In this document: positions 37,690 through 54,600 of the stretch, in pieces
Layout of the letters: the number at the start of each line of letters is the position of its first letter
Position numbering within the stretch: position 1 is the first letter of the stretch
Assembly: GCA_002633005.1 (NCBI GenBank)
Contig: NMRA01000612.1
Span: 133,027 to 197,026, forward strand
Length of the DNA: 64,000 nt
Direction of reading: 5' to 3'
From: Phoronis australis
Lineage: Eukaryota; Animalia; Phoronida
Program-made: the position numbers and the translations under genes
Notes under the pieces: model-generated
Database searches by the model: none
What the model was told of the DNA's origin: nothing
What the model saw: the letters and a program-made list of their open reading frames with translations, nothing else

Positions 37690-40234
37690 TTAATCGTCTT
37701 CCTCTGCCTCCTCCTCTTCGTTGTTAATCTGGAAGTAACGAAGTTCGTAGGAATCCTTTGCGATGGCAACAACACGCAGCCAATCACGAAGATTGTTTTT
37801 CTTCAGGTATTTCTTCGTCAAATACTTGAGATACCTGAAAAAAGATTTGTCATTAACACCAGTTTGAAAGGCCATGAAGTGGCTACACTGACAAAAGCAC
37901 TGAGCAGGTGTCAAACCAAACGGATACTGCAGTTTAAGACATGTGGAATGAACTGTTGTGCTCAATCAAATGTTATATGCCAGCTTTGTAGAAGGTGGTT
38001 CAACTGATACTTAACACAACCAGTTCAATGTCATAAGCAATCAAATGTTATGTAACACCTTTGTAGTAAGGTGGTTCAACTGGTACACAGCTGGTCAAAT
38101 TCAATTCTAACATAAACACTCTCGCTAACTAAATTTCAACAGCCTGATAACCTTATCCCCATGCCTTGAAAAGACAAAACATCATTTTCTTCATTTTTCG
38201 TATAAATGTTGACACCATGTCTCACCTTTTAGAGAACTTTATCTCGCATGTGACAGTGATTTTTGACTTCTGACGTTCCACCTTTACATCATTTCCCAAG
38301 TTTCCAGTTTTCCCTTGAACCTTGATGCGTTCTTTCAAGAAGGTTTCCTGTTGACAGCAGAGAAGAACTACTGGTTAGGGAAGTAGGCCCTAACACAGTG
38401 CCTCTAGGGAAGAGAACCCTAGGCAAGTAGCTTCTTTAGTGACCCATAATAAATTGGCATTCACCATAAATTCACAACAAACAATAATTGGACTTAGTCA
38501 GTATGAACAAAAATCCAGTTACTGTGATACTTGAGCTTTTGTAACTGGCCTGGGCCCACGGTAGTATCTCCAAAGTTAACCTCTATTGCCTGACAATGTC
38601 TCATACAGATGAGTGCCCATGTGGCACTGGGCTCCCAGACACTTGAACACATAGAGCAGAACTGCCCTACCTTTAACGTTCTAAGGTACCAGGCATAGCC
38701 CCAGGTAGAGCTCCAAGTACAACTGTTACTCTCACAGACTTTGACCAGAAGACTGGACTAAACATTTAAACTGAGTGGCTGGGAATCTCCAAACTCAGAC
38801 TCGTAAATCAATCAATCATGTTGCATGAATATTAGTTCAAATTTGTAAGTGTATTTACTGAAAGCATGCTAAGGAATTGGTTAATTTTGGAGTCAAGAAA
38901 ACTCAGATTGAACCAAAGGCCCTGGTCACTTTCAAAAATGTTCTATTAGTCCAGCAACTGAAGGTGATTTCACAGCAAAATCTCAGCAATACTTACAAAG
39001 TCAGCACACTGCATTATACCATCTTCCACAGGATGTGTACAGTCAATGGTAAACTTCAGCGTGATTTTCTTCTTTTTGCCTTTGCCACTTGGCTTGGCAG
39101 GTTTGCGCTGTGCAGCCTAAAACAAAGAAGAAACAATCATAGTTATGATAAACGATGAGTGCAAAAAATTTTCAACTTTATGAAAAATTAGAAGAAAAAG
39201 GCAATAATGAAAACGTCCAGGGCTTTATTTGACGACCTACAGCATGAACGAGAGACTTTGGCAGATTTTAGATCTGCTGTCGATTTCAAAAACTCTTCCA
39301 TGGTTGAATGCAGTGCAGAAAATATTCAGCAAGACCATATCCCTGGGAACCAGTGCCACCAGCAATGACCAAGACAGTTGAAAAAGTTTTAAAAATTTGA
39401 AATAAGAGCTTCCAATCGTATCATTCGTAAGAGTGCCGAGCAAGGTCTCGATACTTTTTCGTAGTCACATTTTAAGACAAATTAAGAGTACAAATTAGGA
39501 AATATGAGTTCAAATATGCAGTTGCACATAGTAGGCTTGACCCTAAAATGCAGGATTAGCCAGATTTAATACGATGTTGGCTTATTGCACTGGAAAAGCA
39601 ATAATTTAAATTGGATTTTGAACTTTCCCCTTATTGAACATAACTATTTTATCAGACTTTTATCCCCATCCTTCCTCACTTAGTCTTAGTGACCTGACCA
39701 AGAGTCAGTACTGTCTGGTAAATCCGACAACAGAAGTCGGGCACCATGCAACGACCTTGGCAACAGAGGGATCCCACTTCCCATATTCGCGTGGGTAACA
39801 GGCTTTGCCACTTGGACCATTTTACCACCACCCTCCTTTCAAAACCCAGGCCCGGGGGAAATGCTGGTTATTTACCAGTTTACAGACAGATTACGAGGCG
39901 AAATGCGTCTTGTTAGATTTTCAACATATGTTTGAAGGAAACTGTTATTACAGTTTATCTGTAGTTTGTAGTTCCAATGTAGACTCGTGAAGACCACATA
40001 CAAACCACGTGGACTGGAGAAGGAAAATGGCGGGGCGTTCATTCCACGACTGTCGAAAGAATTTTCTATCGAAAGAGTGTAATAAAACGGGCAAGGTAGA
40101 ACAATATTTAATCAAATTTAATTCACAGAAGATAGTTGGTTTAAACAAACAGACCAAACCACCGCAAAAATGAAAAAAACGACAAAAAAGATAAAAAATG
40201 TGAGAGAGCCAAATTTCACCTTCTTCGGAGCCAT
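37690..40234 (-). CDS. RPL22: 60S ribosomal protein L22 (eL22), 4 coding exons
   Basis: Exons 40220-40234 (MAPKK), 38997-39116 ([40 protein letters not shown]), 38226-38347 ([40 protein letters not shown]) and 37690-37834 ([24 protein letters not shown]...[19 protein letters not shown]). All introns are GT-AG and phases are consistent. Confidence 0.97.
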
Positions 40235-40256
40235 TTGCGCTGTGGGAGAAAAGGAT
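40235..40256 (-). promoter_or_regulatory. TCT initiator / 5'TOP tract of RPL22
   Basis: Minus strand TCCTTTTCTCCCACAGCGCAA directly before the ATG, the typical polypyrimidine start of ribosomal protein genes. Confidence 0.8.
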
Positions 40257-40605
40257 TTGCGGGGGGTATGATTTTAGGAATTTGAGTTAATCAATTTCGT
40301 AGGCGACTTATTCAACTGCAACGTTGAAAAATACATCTATATTTAGAGGTTATAAAATGGAGGAAACTTAGATTTTATTACATTTTGAGTTAAATGATAT
40401 ATATATGACATAAAAATTCCGGAAAATTCCGGGAGTTTCCGGGGTAGGCTGTCTCATCCGGAACACGTCGGATATTTCCGGAACATCAAATTATAGGCTA
40501 CGGTAATACCCGAAGTGTTCCGAATAAGGCTGCCTGTGCATTGTGGGATAGGCCATTTTGGAGGCAAAGGAACTCCCACTCGTCGGGCGTTGCAATATTC
40601 TGTTG
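40257..40605. promoter_or_regulatory. Bidirectional promoter shared by RPL22 and AP2M1, with probable AP2M1 non-coding exon 1 (~40550-40605)
   Basis: Cluster of CCGGAA/TTCCGG ETS-type sites at 40418-40483, TGCATTGTGGGA (ZNF143/SBS-like) at 40537-48, GCCATTTT (YY1-like) at 40552-59, and donor TTG|GTAAAG at 40606. Confidence 0.65.
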
Positions 40606-41057
40606 GTAAAGTATTCACTTTAGCGTATTGTAAAACTTCAGAGTAGAGTCCATGAGTTCAAATTGTTACTTCAAAAATATGCGAGCCTGTCAAATATCTT
40701 TTAGCCATTTTGAATGCTAATTAGTTTCGCAGACATTGTCTTGCAAGCCAGTTCCAGCCAGGTCAAGTCTGGTGAATCATGGTGTAGACTGTGTCTGTAG
40801 TGAAACCGTCGGAGTAGACGGCGTCAGAGCATTGATTGGTTGCCGGTTTTCTAAACTCTCAACTTTCTCTGGCAGCCCCTCATCTGCTCACTCACTGTTT
40901 CTCTTTAATGTGGGTTCATCTAGCCTTGGTACAGTTTTCATACAGCTAGCTGGCTGGCTAGGGAGCCGCTAGGGTTCATCTTGCCTCACCTTTTTCCGTG
41001 TGTAAAAAAACAATTTCAAAAGGTCTTTTTTCACATTGCCATTGGTCATTGGCATTT

Positions 41058-41197
41058 GGCTAGCTGGCACTGGTCGGATGTAGTGGTCCTTGCTTTAGAG
41101 AACCAGTTTTGACATCCACTAAGTAGCGGCCAGTTATTTAGTGACTGTCTGGTTCTCTAAATCCCGGACCGCTATATCCGACCAGTGTCGGCTAGCC
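41058..41197. mobile_element. 140-bp palindromic MITE-like element in AP2M1 intron 1
   Basis: ggctagctggcactggtcggatgtagtggtcc...tttagagaaccag pairs with ctggttctctaaa...ggaccgctatatccgaccagtgtcggctagcc. Confidence 0.7.
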
Positions 41198-42582
41198 TCC
41201 AAGTTCTTCCTCTTAACAGACAGAGAGTATCACCATCTCAACTAGCCACGGAGAGACTGTAGTCATCCCAAATACTGGATTTTTTTTGGAAAATTTTGAT
41301 TAACACTGATTAAATCCTCAAAGTCACATTGCTATAAGTACCTCAAACGTTTGTGCATAAAGAGACACTTGATGAGTCCGTTGATGTCTTTATCTCTTTT
41401 CAGCTTGAACAAGTGATCCCACAATCCAACTTTTTCTTTAACAGCCCAAACCAGCAACTGGCCATTTTTACATTGCTTGTGTCAGGGGATAGGATGGTAA
41501 AAGTACTTATAGCTATATCGATTGTTTAATCAGTGTGAGGCACAATCTGTCGAAAAGCTTTCGGCATGTGGAGGGTCTATGGGATGACTACCGTCTCTAC
41601 TGCGGCCAGTTGAGACAGTGGTACTGTCTAACTTCATTTGGTTGTTTGACTGTCTACAGTACATACAGACTTCAGACCGTAATAGCCAGTTACAAGGGTC
41701 TGTTTTTATGAAGTCACATTTTTCATCAAAACACAAAAATTTGATGGAGAGTTTTGAAAATGAAGTTAACCAAACTTGCTCCCATATATGTTTTCTTGTG
41801 GTTGTAAAATGTCTGCAAGAGCACTAGTTTTTTTAGAGGATGAAATGTATCCGCGAGAAAGAGCACAAAAGATTCTGCACTTCTCTCAAAATTAAAAAGG
41901 GCGGAACCATGCTAGACTGCATCAAGATCTTTATTGTAGTAAAAATTTAGAGCTTGTTCCCCGCATTTTAGAAATTAAATGTTTTTGTTAAACAAGTCAT
42001 TGTGAGAATGAATTAAATATGTGTAGTAAAATAAGGTTCATTTTAATCCAAATTTTGCCAGTGATATTGGCACTCTTAAGTAAAGAAATCCCATTATCAA
42101 ACCTACTGTTCAAAAAATGTGTTTTTTTATCAGTTCAAAGTGGCAGAGAGTTTCCTTCTTGTTTTCCCTTTCTGTGCATGTTTTGAGGGATTCTGAACCT
42201 TTGATCACTTCTACCAGGGCAAAATGGATACAACTAGTGATGACAGTGGGACTGGTGGTTTTCAATTATTACACCACTAGAAACTTGAGATTGATGAAGT
42301 GATTTTTGCAACAACATTGGCCAGTTGCATGCAAATCAAATCACTCATTCTTTGGAGCCTCATGATTGGAACTATTATTTTGACGTAGTCTCAAGCAACA
42401 ATGAACAGTCCAAATTGTTTCTATGCCCAGAATCACAAGTGGATGCCACTTTAAAAATGTTATGGTGACTTATAAATAAAAAAATTGAGAAGGCAATTTG
42501 GCCTAGTGGGGATAAGTGTCCACTTCCTTTACTGAAGGTCTTGGGTTTGAGTGTCTCTGGGGAACTCTGCTTGACATGTTAA

Positions 42583-47771
<5,189 letters not shown>

Positions 47772-48693
47772 CACAGGGCTACAGTGAACTAGACTGGACT
47801 TAACAGAGCATCGAAGAGTGGACTTGTGTTGTGATATATTGTATGTTAGTGGTGTATGATTTAGTAGTCTGTCCAGTCACAAGTTGCAATATTGGAAGGG
47901 AAAGTGACTGTCCATGTTTCAATCCTCAGATCCATTTACATCTGTGTTGTACCGTATTATTGCCGTTTTGACATTAGTCGAGTGATGTACATATAGCACA
48001 AAGAGGTACCCAGTAATATCTGTTGGCATAAATTAATGTCTGTAGGTTCAGTATCTTAGTACTATTTGTAGTTGTATGTATTCAATGTAAAGTGGCATCA
48101 CTAATGCCTTGTGTATTCCACTTCAATTTATTCAAAATTGCTTAGCATGTCCAATAGCCCTTGAAATTAGAATTGTCTGTTTAATAAATTTTGTTTATTG
48201 CATAAGGAGTTTCCTTTGACGAGGTTTTGTTAAAAGCTCTTGCATGCATATAACTTTGGATAAACTTACTACAACTGGATATCAAATACATGTATTTAAT
48301 AAATGCATATAATCACAACACATCCCTATTTTCAATAATGTAGGTTGAGATGTACTTCCTTGTACACACTGTAGCTTGGCAATTTCAGGTAAACTAAACA
48401 AATAAGGTGAAATACTGAAAACAACATTAAAATTAGCTTTATACAACTGGAGCAAATATGGTGGATGTACTCTATATAGAACTAAGTTCATCACATTGGC
48501 ACGGCCCAGTATTATGCCTGGCACTGCACATGAATGTCACCTGTAAATAATTGATGTATAAAAATAACAGCCAGAACTTGGTCAGTCGTGCTGATGTGAT
48601 AATCCAATCCAGGCACTGCGGATGCATCATTTATAAAGACACCAGTGCGTTCACAAATCCATTGATACAGCAACCAGCACTGACCACTGTCCG

Positions 48694-51600
48694 TCAGAGT
48701 CCACTTGAGAATGGCTTCAAATGTTCTAACTGTATTTCCAGTGCAATTCTCTGCTCCATAACCTCTTGTAACTCTTGGTTCAGCTCACTGTTCAATCTCG
48801 ACAGCATTGTATTACGTTCCTTTTGAAGACGTATTGCAGCTTGGATATCTTTTTTATCTTTACCAGCACTCCTATCAAATACACAATAGTTGAGCACTAA
48901 ACAGATATTTAACAGTCAGGTTAAAAATGAATATAATGCAACCATAACATCGTGTAAAAATTTCCAACCTTCTTCACAAGTGTATTTGCCCTTCCAACAC
49001 AATGTCGTATTATTATTTAAATTAAAATTGATGACAAAACTCAACCTGTAATTTCCCCGACAGTTTTACTTACCTGGTAACTGAAACCAAGCAGCTTGAT
49101 GCAAAAGGTGAGGTGCACTGAGTGCAGTTTAGGTATTATGGCTATTATGCAATGGCAAGTGTCACAAAAAATTAAATCTTGAAATAAAAGCATCTTGACC
49201 CAGCACTTACCGCAATGAGCTTAAATAAATAGGCTGTTCCACTGAGGATTCTTGTCCCCTGTCTAGGATGTCGGTTGACTTGTCTACAGCCATAGCACCA
49301 TGATCAGAAACATCAACCTTAGCCAACTCTGTAAAAATGGCCAACAATTATGAAATACAAACAAGGAGCAATGTGTCCTTTAAACAAACGTAGCTCTCTG
49401 TTGGTCACTAATTCATGTAGAGCACTGATTGAAGCAGACTGATGTAGACACCATCTTCACCTCAGAAACCATCCACGTAGTTAAAATGAGTACCCTACTG
49501 CATGCATGCAGTGGGTGGTACTTTCTCAAGCTGGCAACAGGCAGTCTATGAAATGAGGATATGGACACGCAAACATAACTTACAGCAATGAGGGACTGTG
49601 TAAACAAGCCCTGACAAGTGGATACCTTTTGACCCTACTTCTCACCTGAGTCTCCTTGGGCGGTGTTAGCATGGTCCTGCAGTATGTTCCCAGCATCCAC
49701 CGACAGCGACCGATGATATGAAGTGGAATCGTCCACATCACCACCCGCTTCTCTGGCTTGAATGGACTCTACTTCTATTGCACTAGACACAGCTGGCTCA
49801 CTCTTTTGGCTGACAAGGCGCCTGTTTTGAGCGCCATCTTTTGCACTTCGTGGTGGAACAATGGGCACAGCAGGGGGTGGAACTATCTGCATGATACCTG
49901 TGAAGAAAGGTTAATATGCCAGTGAAACGGGAACCAAATATGACATACTGTTGTCCTTGATCGTTTTACCATTAGGTGCTGCCTACTATTATCTATTACA
50001 TCAGTAATGTGAGAGCAGCTACTTTGCGTCATGAGACAGTTTTGCAATTGGACTTTAACGCAGTTATTTTCAGCAGTTCGTTAAGGCAAAAGAAGTGACT
50101 TCAGACATCACAACTTGTAGGCTACACTTAAACTCTCTAAAATCAGCATACCTGACTGCTGTTTTTTTGGTGTAGGTCTGGGTCTACTCTGGAGAGGGGT
50201 CGATAGTTTAGCAGGGGTGGACTGTACCTCGGCCGCTGGGTCTACAAGTCCGTCAGTGTAGGACCGTTGCTTGGATGGACTTTTGTCCTGGTTAATGTCA
50301 TCCCCGCCCTCATATACTGATGGGTCTGTAACATACAGTCATTCGAATAAACAAGATAATCACAAGTTAGTTTTATGGAAATCAATATTATTTGAGTGAC
50401 ACTAACAGAAACAGTATCTCTAAGACCAACCACATAGCTAAAAGATCAATTTGAATACCATTTTAGAAATTGAAGAAAAGAAGTGTTGTAAGTCGACCAA
50501 TAAAATAACTCTTGAGCAACGAGATTAAAAGAAAGGCATTGTAACAATAACAAAAGTGCACCACAGTCATGTTGGAGGGAATCACTTCAATATAAAGACA
50601 TGAAAGTGACATACCGTAAAACAAATGGCCATTGATAGTGAAGACTGACATGTAACAATGAAAGCGATGGTCATATATCGTTCGTTAGCAATGTTAGGTA
50701 GGACTGCACTTACCCAAGCAGTTTAAAAATTGTTGTTTTTGATGTCCTTGCAAATTGTTTTCCAAACAACGAGAAATAGTGCTTCAATGTTCTGCGCAAA
50801 TTTTCACAATTTTAGGGTTATGGTAGATTGCACCTCGTATCCACATCTCAAGATGGTACTTGGGTGGAGAATTGTGGGAGGTCTTCACAAACTGTTGCAA
50901 TTTGAAGATTGCAGCAGCTTGCGCTATAGTGACAGCTTGTGGTCCAACAATGGTCTCGCATTACGTGAAAATCGACAGTTAGACCTGCTGACAAGGACAG
51001 ACACCAGGACACCACTGCCCTCAAAGTTTTCGTGAAATTTCCAGGAAATGTCATAAACAGTTATTTCATCATTGAAATTTCTCAGATTATTCCCTTTTGT
51101 GTCACCAAAATCAGACACCGAGAAACAAAACTTACCAGAGAAGGTCCTTGTTTTGTCCTCCACAGTTAATGGCAAGCCATCCGGAGACATTCGTAATGCG
51201 ACAGGGTGAGCTATTTTACCATCCTGAAACATCCATGTCAGTACTATTGATTCAGTTTAAGCTAACAATTCAAGTTACTAGCATTAACTTCAACCTTTTA
51301 GAAAAGGCAAACTACCATTACACACTTACTCTAAGTGAAAGGACTACATAGTTTTGTGGGGTATTACCTTAGGTTTAGGAGCTCTGTGTCCTGTTGCAAG
51401 AAACAGTCTCATTAGAGACTCAACTAGACTGTTTACTCACTAATGTTATGGTATTTTTCTATTACTTTATCTTTATTGTGAGCTACTCTTTAACAAATTG
51501 TATTTTCTATTGTATTTGAAAACTGAGCTCTTATTTTAATGAAAACAGATAAGCACTTAAATTAGGGATGTTGTATAAGAAGTGATTGTTTATTTTCAAT

Positions 51601-54600
51601 AATTTTTAGAATTCAAGGTAGAGTTTAATCTTAAGTCCACAAATGCATTGGAAATTTAGGCAGCATAGTTGAGTTCCTATTGGGACCTGTTTCATACAAC
51701 CAGGCCTTGTACTCTTACTTCAACAAGCAGTCATATCATTAGATACATAACTGTGACCTCATGAGATTCATTCAGCTTTCAACCTAATGACCCCAATAGC
51801 TTTGCTGGTTTGCTGGTCATTTCTAATCTGAGTAACGAGCAAGATGAGACTGGTTATACAACACTAAGTTGCCTATGTCAAAAGTTGGTTCTTCACAGAA
51901 GGCTTATTGCTGATTCAAGTGGATAATGTCAGAGATATTGAAATTATCATTACTGGGATTATTAAGTGGAAAAGTGAAGGAAAGAAAAATTATTGTATGA
52001 ACGTATCAAACTATACATTTCTGAGCCACAAATTAATGAGACTGATCACCAGCTGATGTTCAGTTTGCAGGGTGAAAAGTACCACATAGCCAGAACCAGT
52101 GATGGAGTAACTAAGTCAGTGAATCATATCTAGTGCATTTTCACCTTAAGCGCTTCACAACTTCTACACGCTGTATATCTGATCAGAGCTTACCTATGTT
52201 ATTCCCAACAACAAAAGTTCAGAAATTACAAGGATATCTACTTTCCTACAGTACAGCCGAAAATATTCAGACTAAATGACCCGTCCAATAAGTTGTGATT
52301 ACTTACATCAGCGACTGGCTTTAAGTCAAACTGTAGTGGCATCAGTGACAGACGTGAAGTTAAACTGTAGTGGCTTATTATTACACCAGTGACTGGCTTG
52401 AAGTTAAACTGTAATGGCTTGTACTTACATCAGTGTCTGGCTTGTTCTTACATAGTGATTGGCTTGACGTGAAACTGTAATGGCTAGTATTTACATCAGT
52501 GACTGGCTTGAAGTCAAACTGTAGTGGCTTGTACTTACATCAGTGACTGGCTTGAAGTCAAACTGTAGTGGCTTGGTACCCGGTGATGACAACGCACTAG
52601 ATGACTGGGAGTCCAATTGGGACATCAACCACTGTTGAGAAAATTTAGTCACATGTTATGGCATTGGTCAACCACTCTACAACTGAGTGTATACCAATAG
52701 AAAATATTCAATGCAAGGAAATGCAAGGCCATTAATTTTCTATTTTAAAATGAAAAGTTTTCCATTTCATATACAAATTCAGTTTCATTTCTGCTCACAA
52801 CTTTATTTCTAACGTTCTTCCAAAAATATGAAGAGACATGACTTTCTGGAAATGATTCAAAGGGCAGACTTTCCTCTACGATAAGATGTCCAATCCCTCT
52901 AAAGTTCTACGTCTGAAGCATCTTTCATTGTGATCAAAAGCCATTTTTCCAGAGTTTGCAATGCAATGCTAATGTCAATAACATTGCCACCCTCTCATCA
53001 ATGCTGACCCCCCCCCTTCAGATGTCACCCAGCAACATATGCCCTCCCTTCTATGTCCTAGCTACGACGCTGTGGAAAATCTCTCTGCTTTCTGTTTGGG
53101 TAAAAACTAAAAATGTCAAAAAATCAAAAGGAGAAGAAATTCCAGCTCAGCTAACTTTAAGACATTCTATGTTTCTTAACGCACTAACCTGATTTGGTGG
53201 AGGGGATGATGGAGTTAGTCGCTTTAGGGTGCTTCCAGGTGGCAGATCAGATGCAAATGGTTCATCTGCACAAACAGGTAACACTGGGTCAATGGTAATA
53301 CAAACTGAGGAAACGATATTTAATAAACAATAACGAAACAATGGACCACACTTTACATGAATCAACAGTCCAATAGCTCACATTGAACGATACGTATCAA
53401 GAGACATGTGCGAGCGAAATAAAATCGGACCCAAAATTAACACCATTAACAGTCTTTGAGTAAATTAACATGGTTACCGATGCTAAACAAAATGCCGTAA
53501 TTCCGCTGCTAAATTTGAAGACCGATCATGGGTTGGGTTTGAGAATCATGAAATACAGTGTAACCGCCTGGCGAATTTCTGTTTCTTCCTCCTACAGTAC
53601 TCTTCTATCAAGCATTACTGATAGTCTAGTCGCAAATGAGCAAAACCCCAAAATATATCACCTTAAATCACACAGCAGTAAAGTTGATACAAAAACTGTT
53701 GTGCAAAATCTGCACTGGCACAGGTAACAATTATAGAATACTAAATTACTGTCATTAGAATAAATAATAGTCTTCAATGGAAATGATATCCTGCAAAAGC
53801 TTGAGTCCCTAATGGGGGCAGTGTTGTTGTGCCATAAGAATAGCCAAGAAAGTCTAAAAAGTCGTACCAGAAAGAGGAGTATAGGGCATGAGGGAAGGCG
53901 GCAGGTGGCCAGGCAGCTCTATATCATTCCGGCGTAACACAACAAGGTGCATGGCTGTACAGAACTCCTCCAGTGACAAGGCTCCATCACGATTCATGTC
54001 GGATAACTGCCAGATTTTGGAGAGCTCAAATAACGGCAGTCTGGATTTCTCAAAAAACTCTTTCGCAACAACCCCTGTAACAGTGATGTCATCACCATAA
54101 AAGGAAGCCAGCATGACATTCTCACAGTTTACACATCACATTAGCACAGTTATCACATTAGCACAGTTATCACATTAGCACAGTTATCACATTAGCACAG
54201 TTATCACATTAGCACAGTTATCACATTAGCACAGTTAAAGTTGAAATTGTTTCAAGGAAATTGTGAGAGTTAAGCTGAGCATGGGCATTTAAAGTGAAAA
54301 TTTGGGAATTTTGTGGGTGGATGGTAAACCGAACATGAGAGTTAACCTGGAAAAGGAACAGTAAATGAGTGTCAGGCCCTAGTCTCTAACCCAGAGGTCT
54401 ACTGTATTTATGCAGTTAAACAATGAATGAACGGTTGACTACAGTACACTATCAGAAAGTATGTGAATTAGTTTTGATACACAAAAAAGTTGTGATAACA
54501 TGTTATTATACCACAATATTAGCCTCGAATGGCAGATACAACCGTGTAATAACCCATAAGTTATCTCACTAGTGAGATAACATTTTGGCGGGAAACCGAG

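Noticed and set aside
39690-39830. tRNA/SINE-like heads in RPL22 intron 1 and at ~42500-42560
   Set aside because: Only an A-box-like motif is clear and the B-box is degenerate; not supportable as RNA genes.
37835-40219. Intronic snoRNAs in RPL22
   Set aside because: No convincing box C/D pair or H/ACA double hairpin was found by eye; snoscan or Infernal would be needed.
52298-52575. CRISPR-like appearance of the repeat arrays here and at 54133-54237
   Set aside because: No unique spacers, eukaryotic intron context and no cas genes; these are simple tandem repeats.
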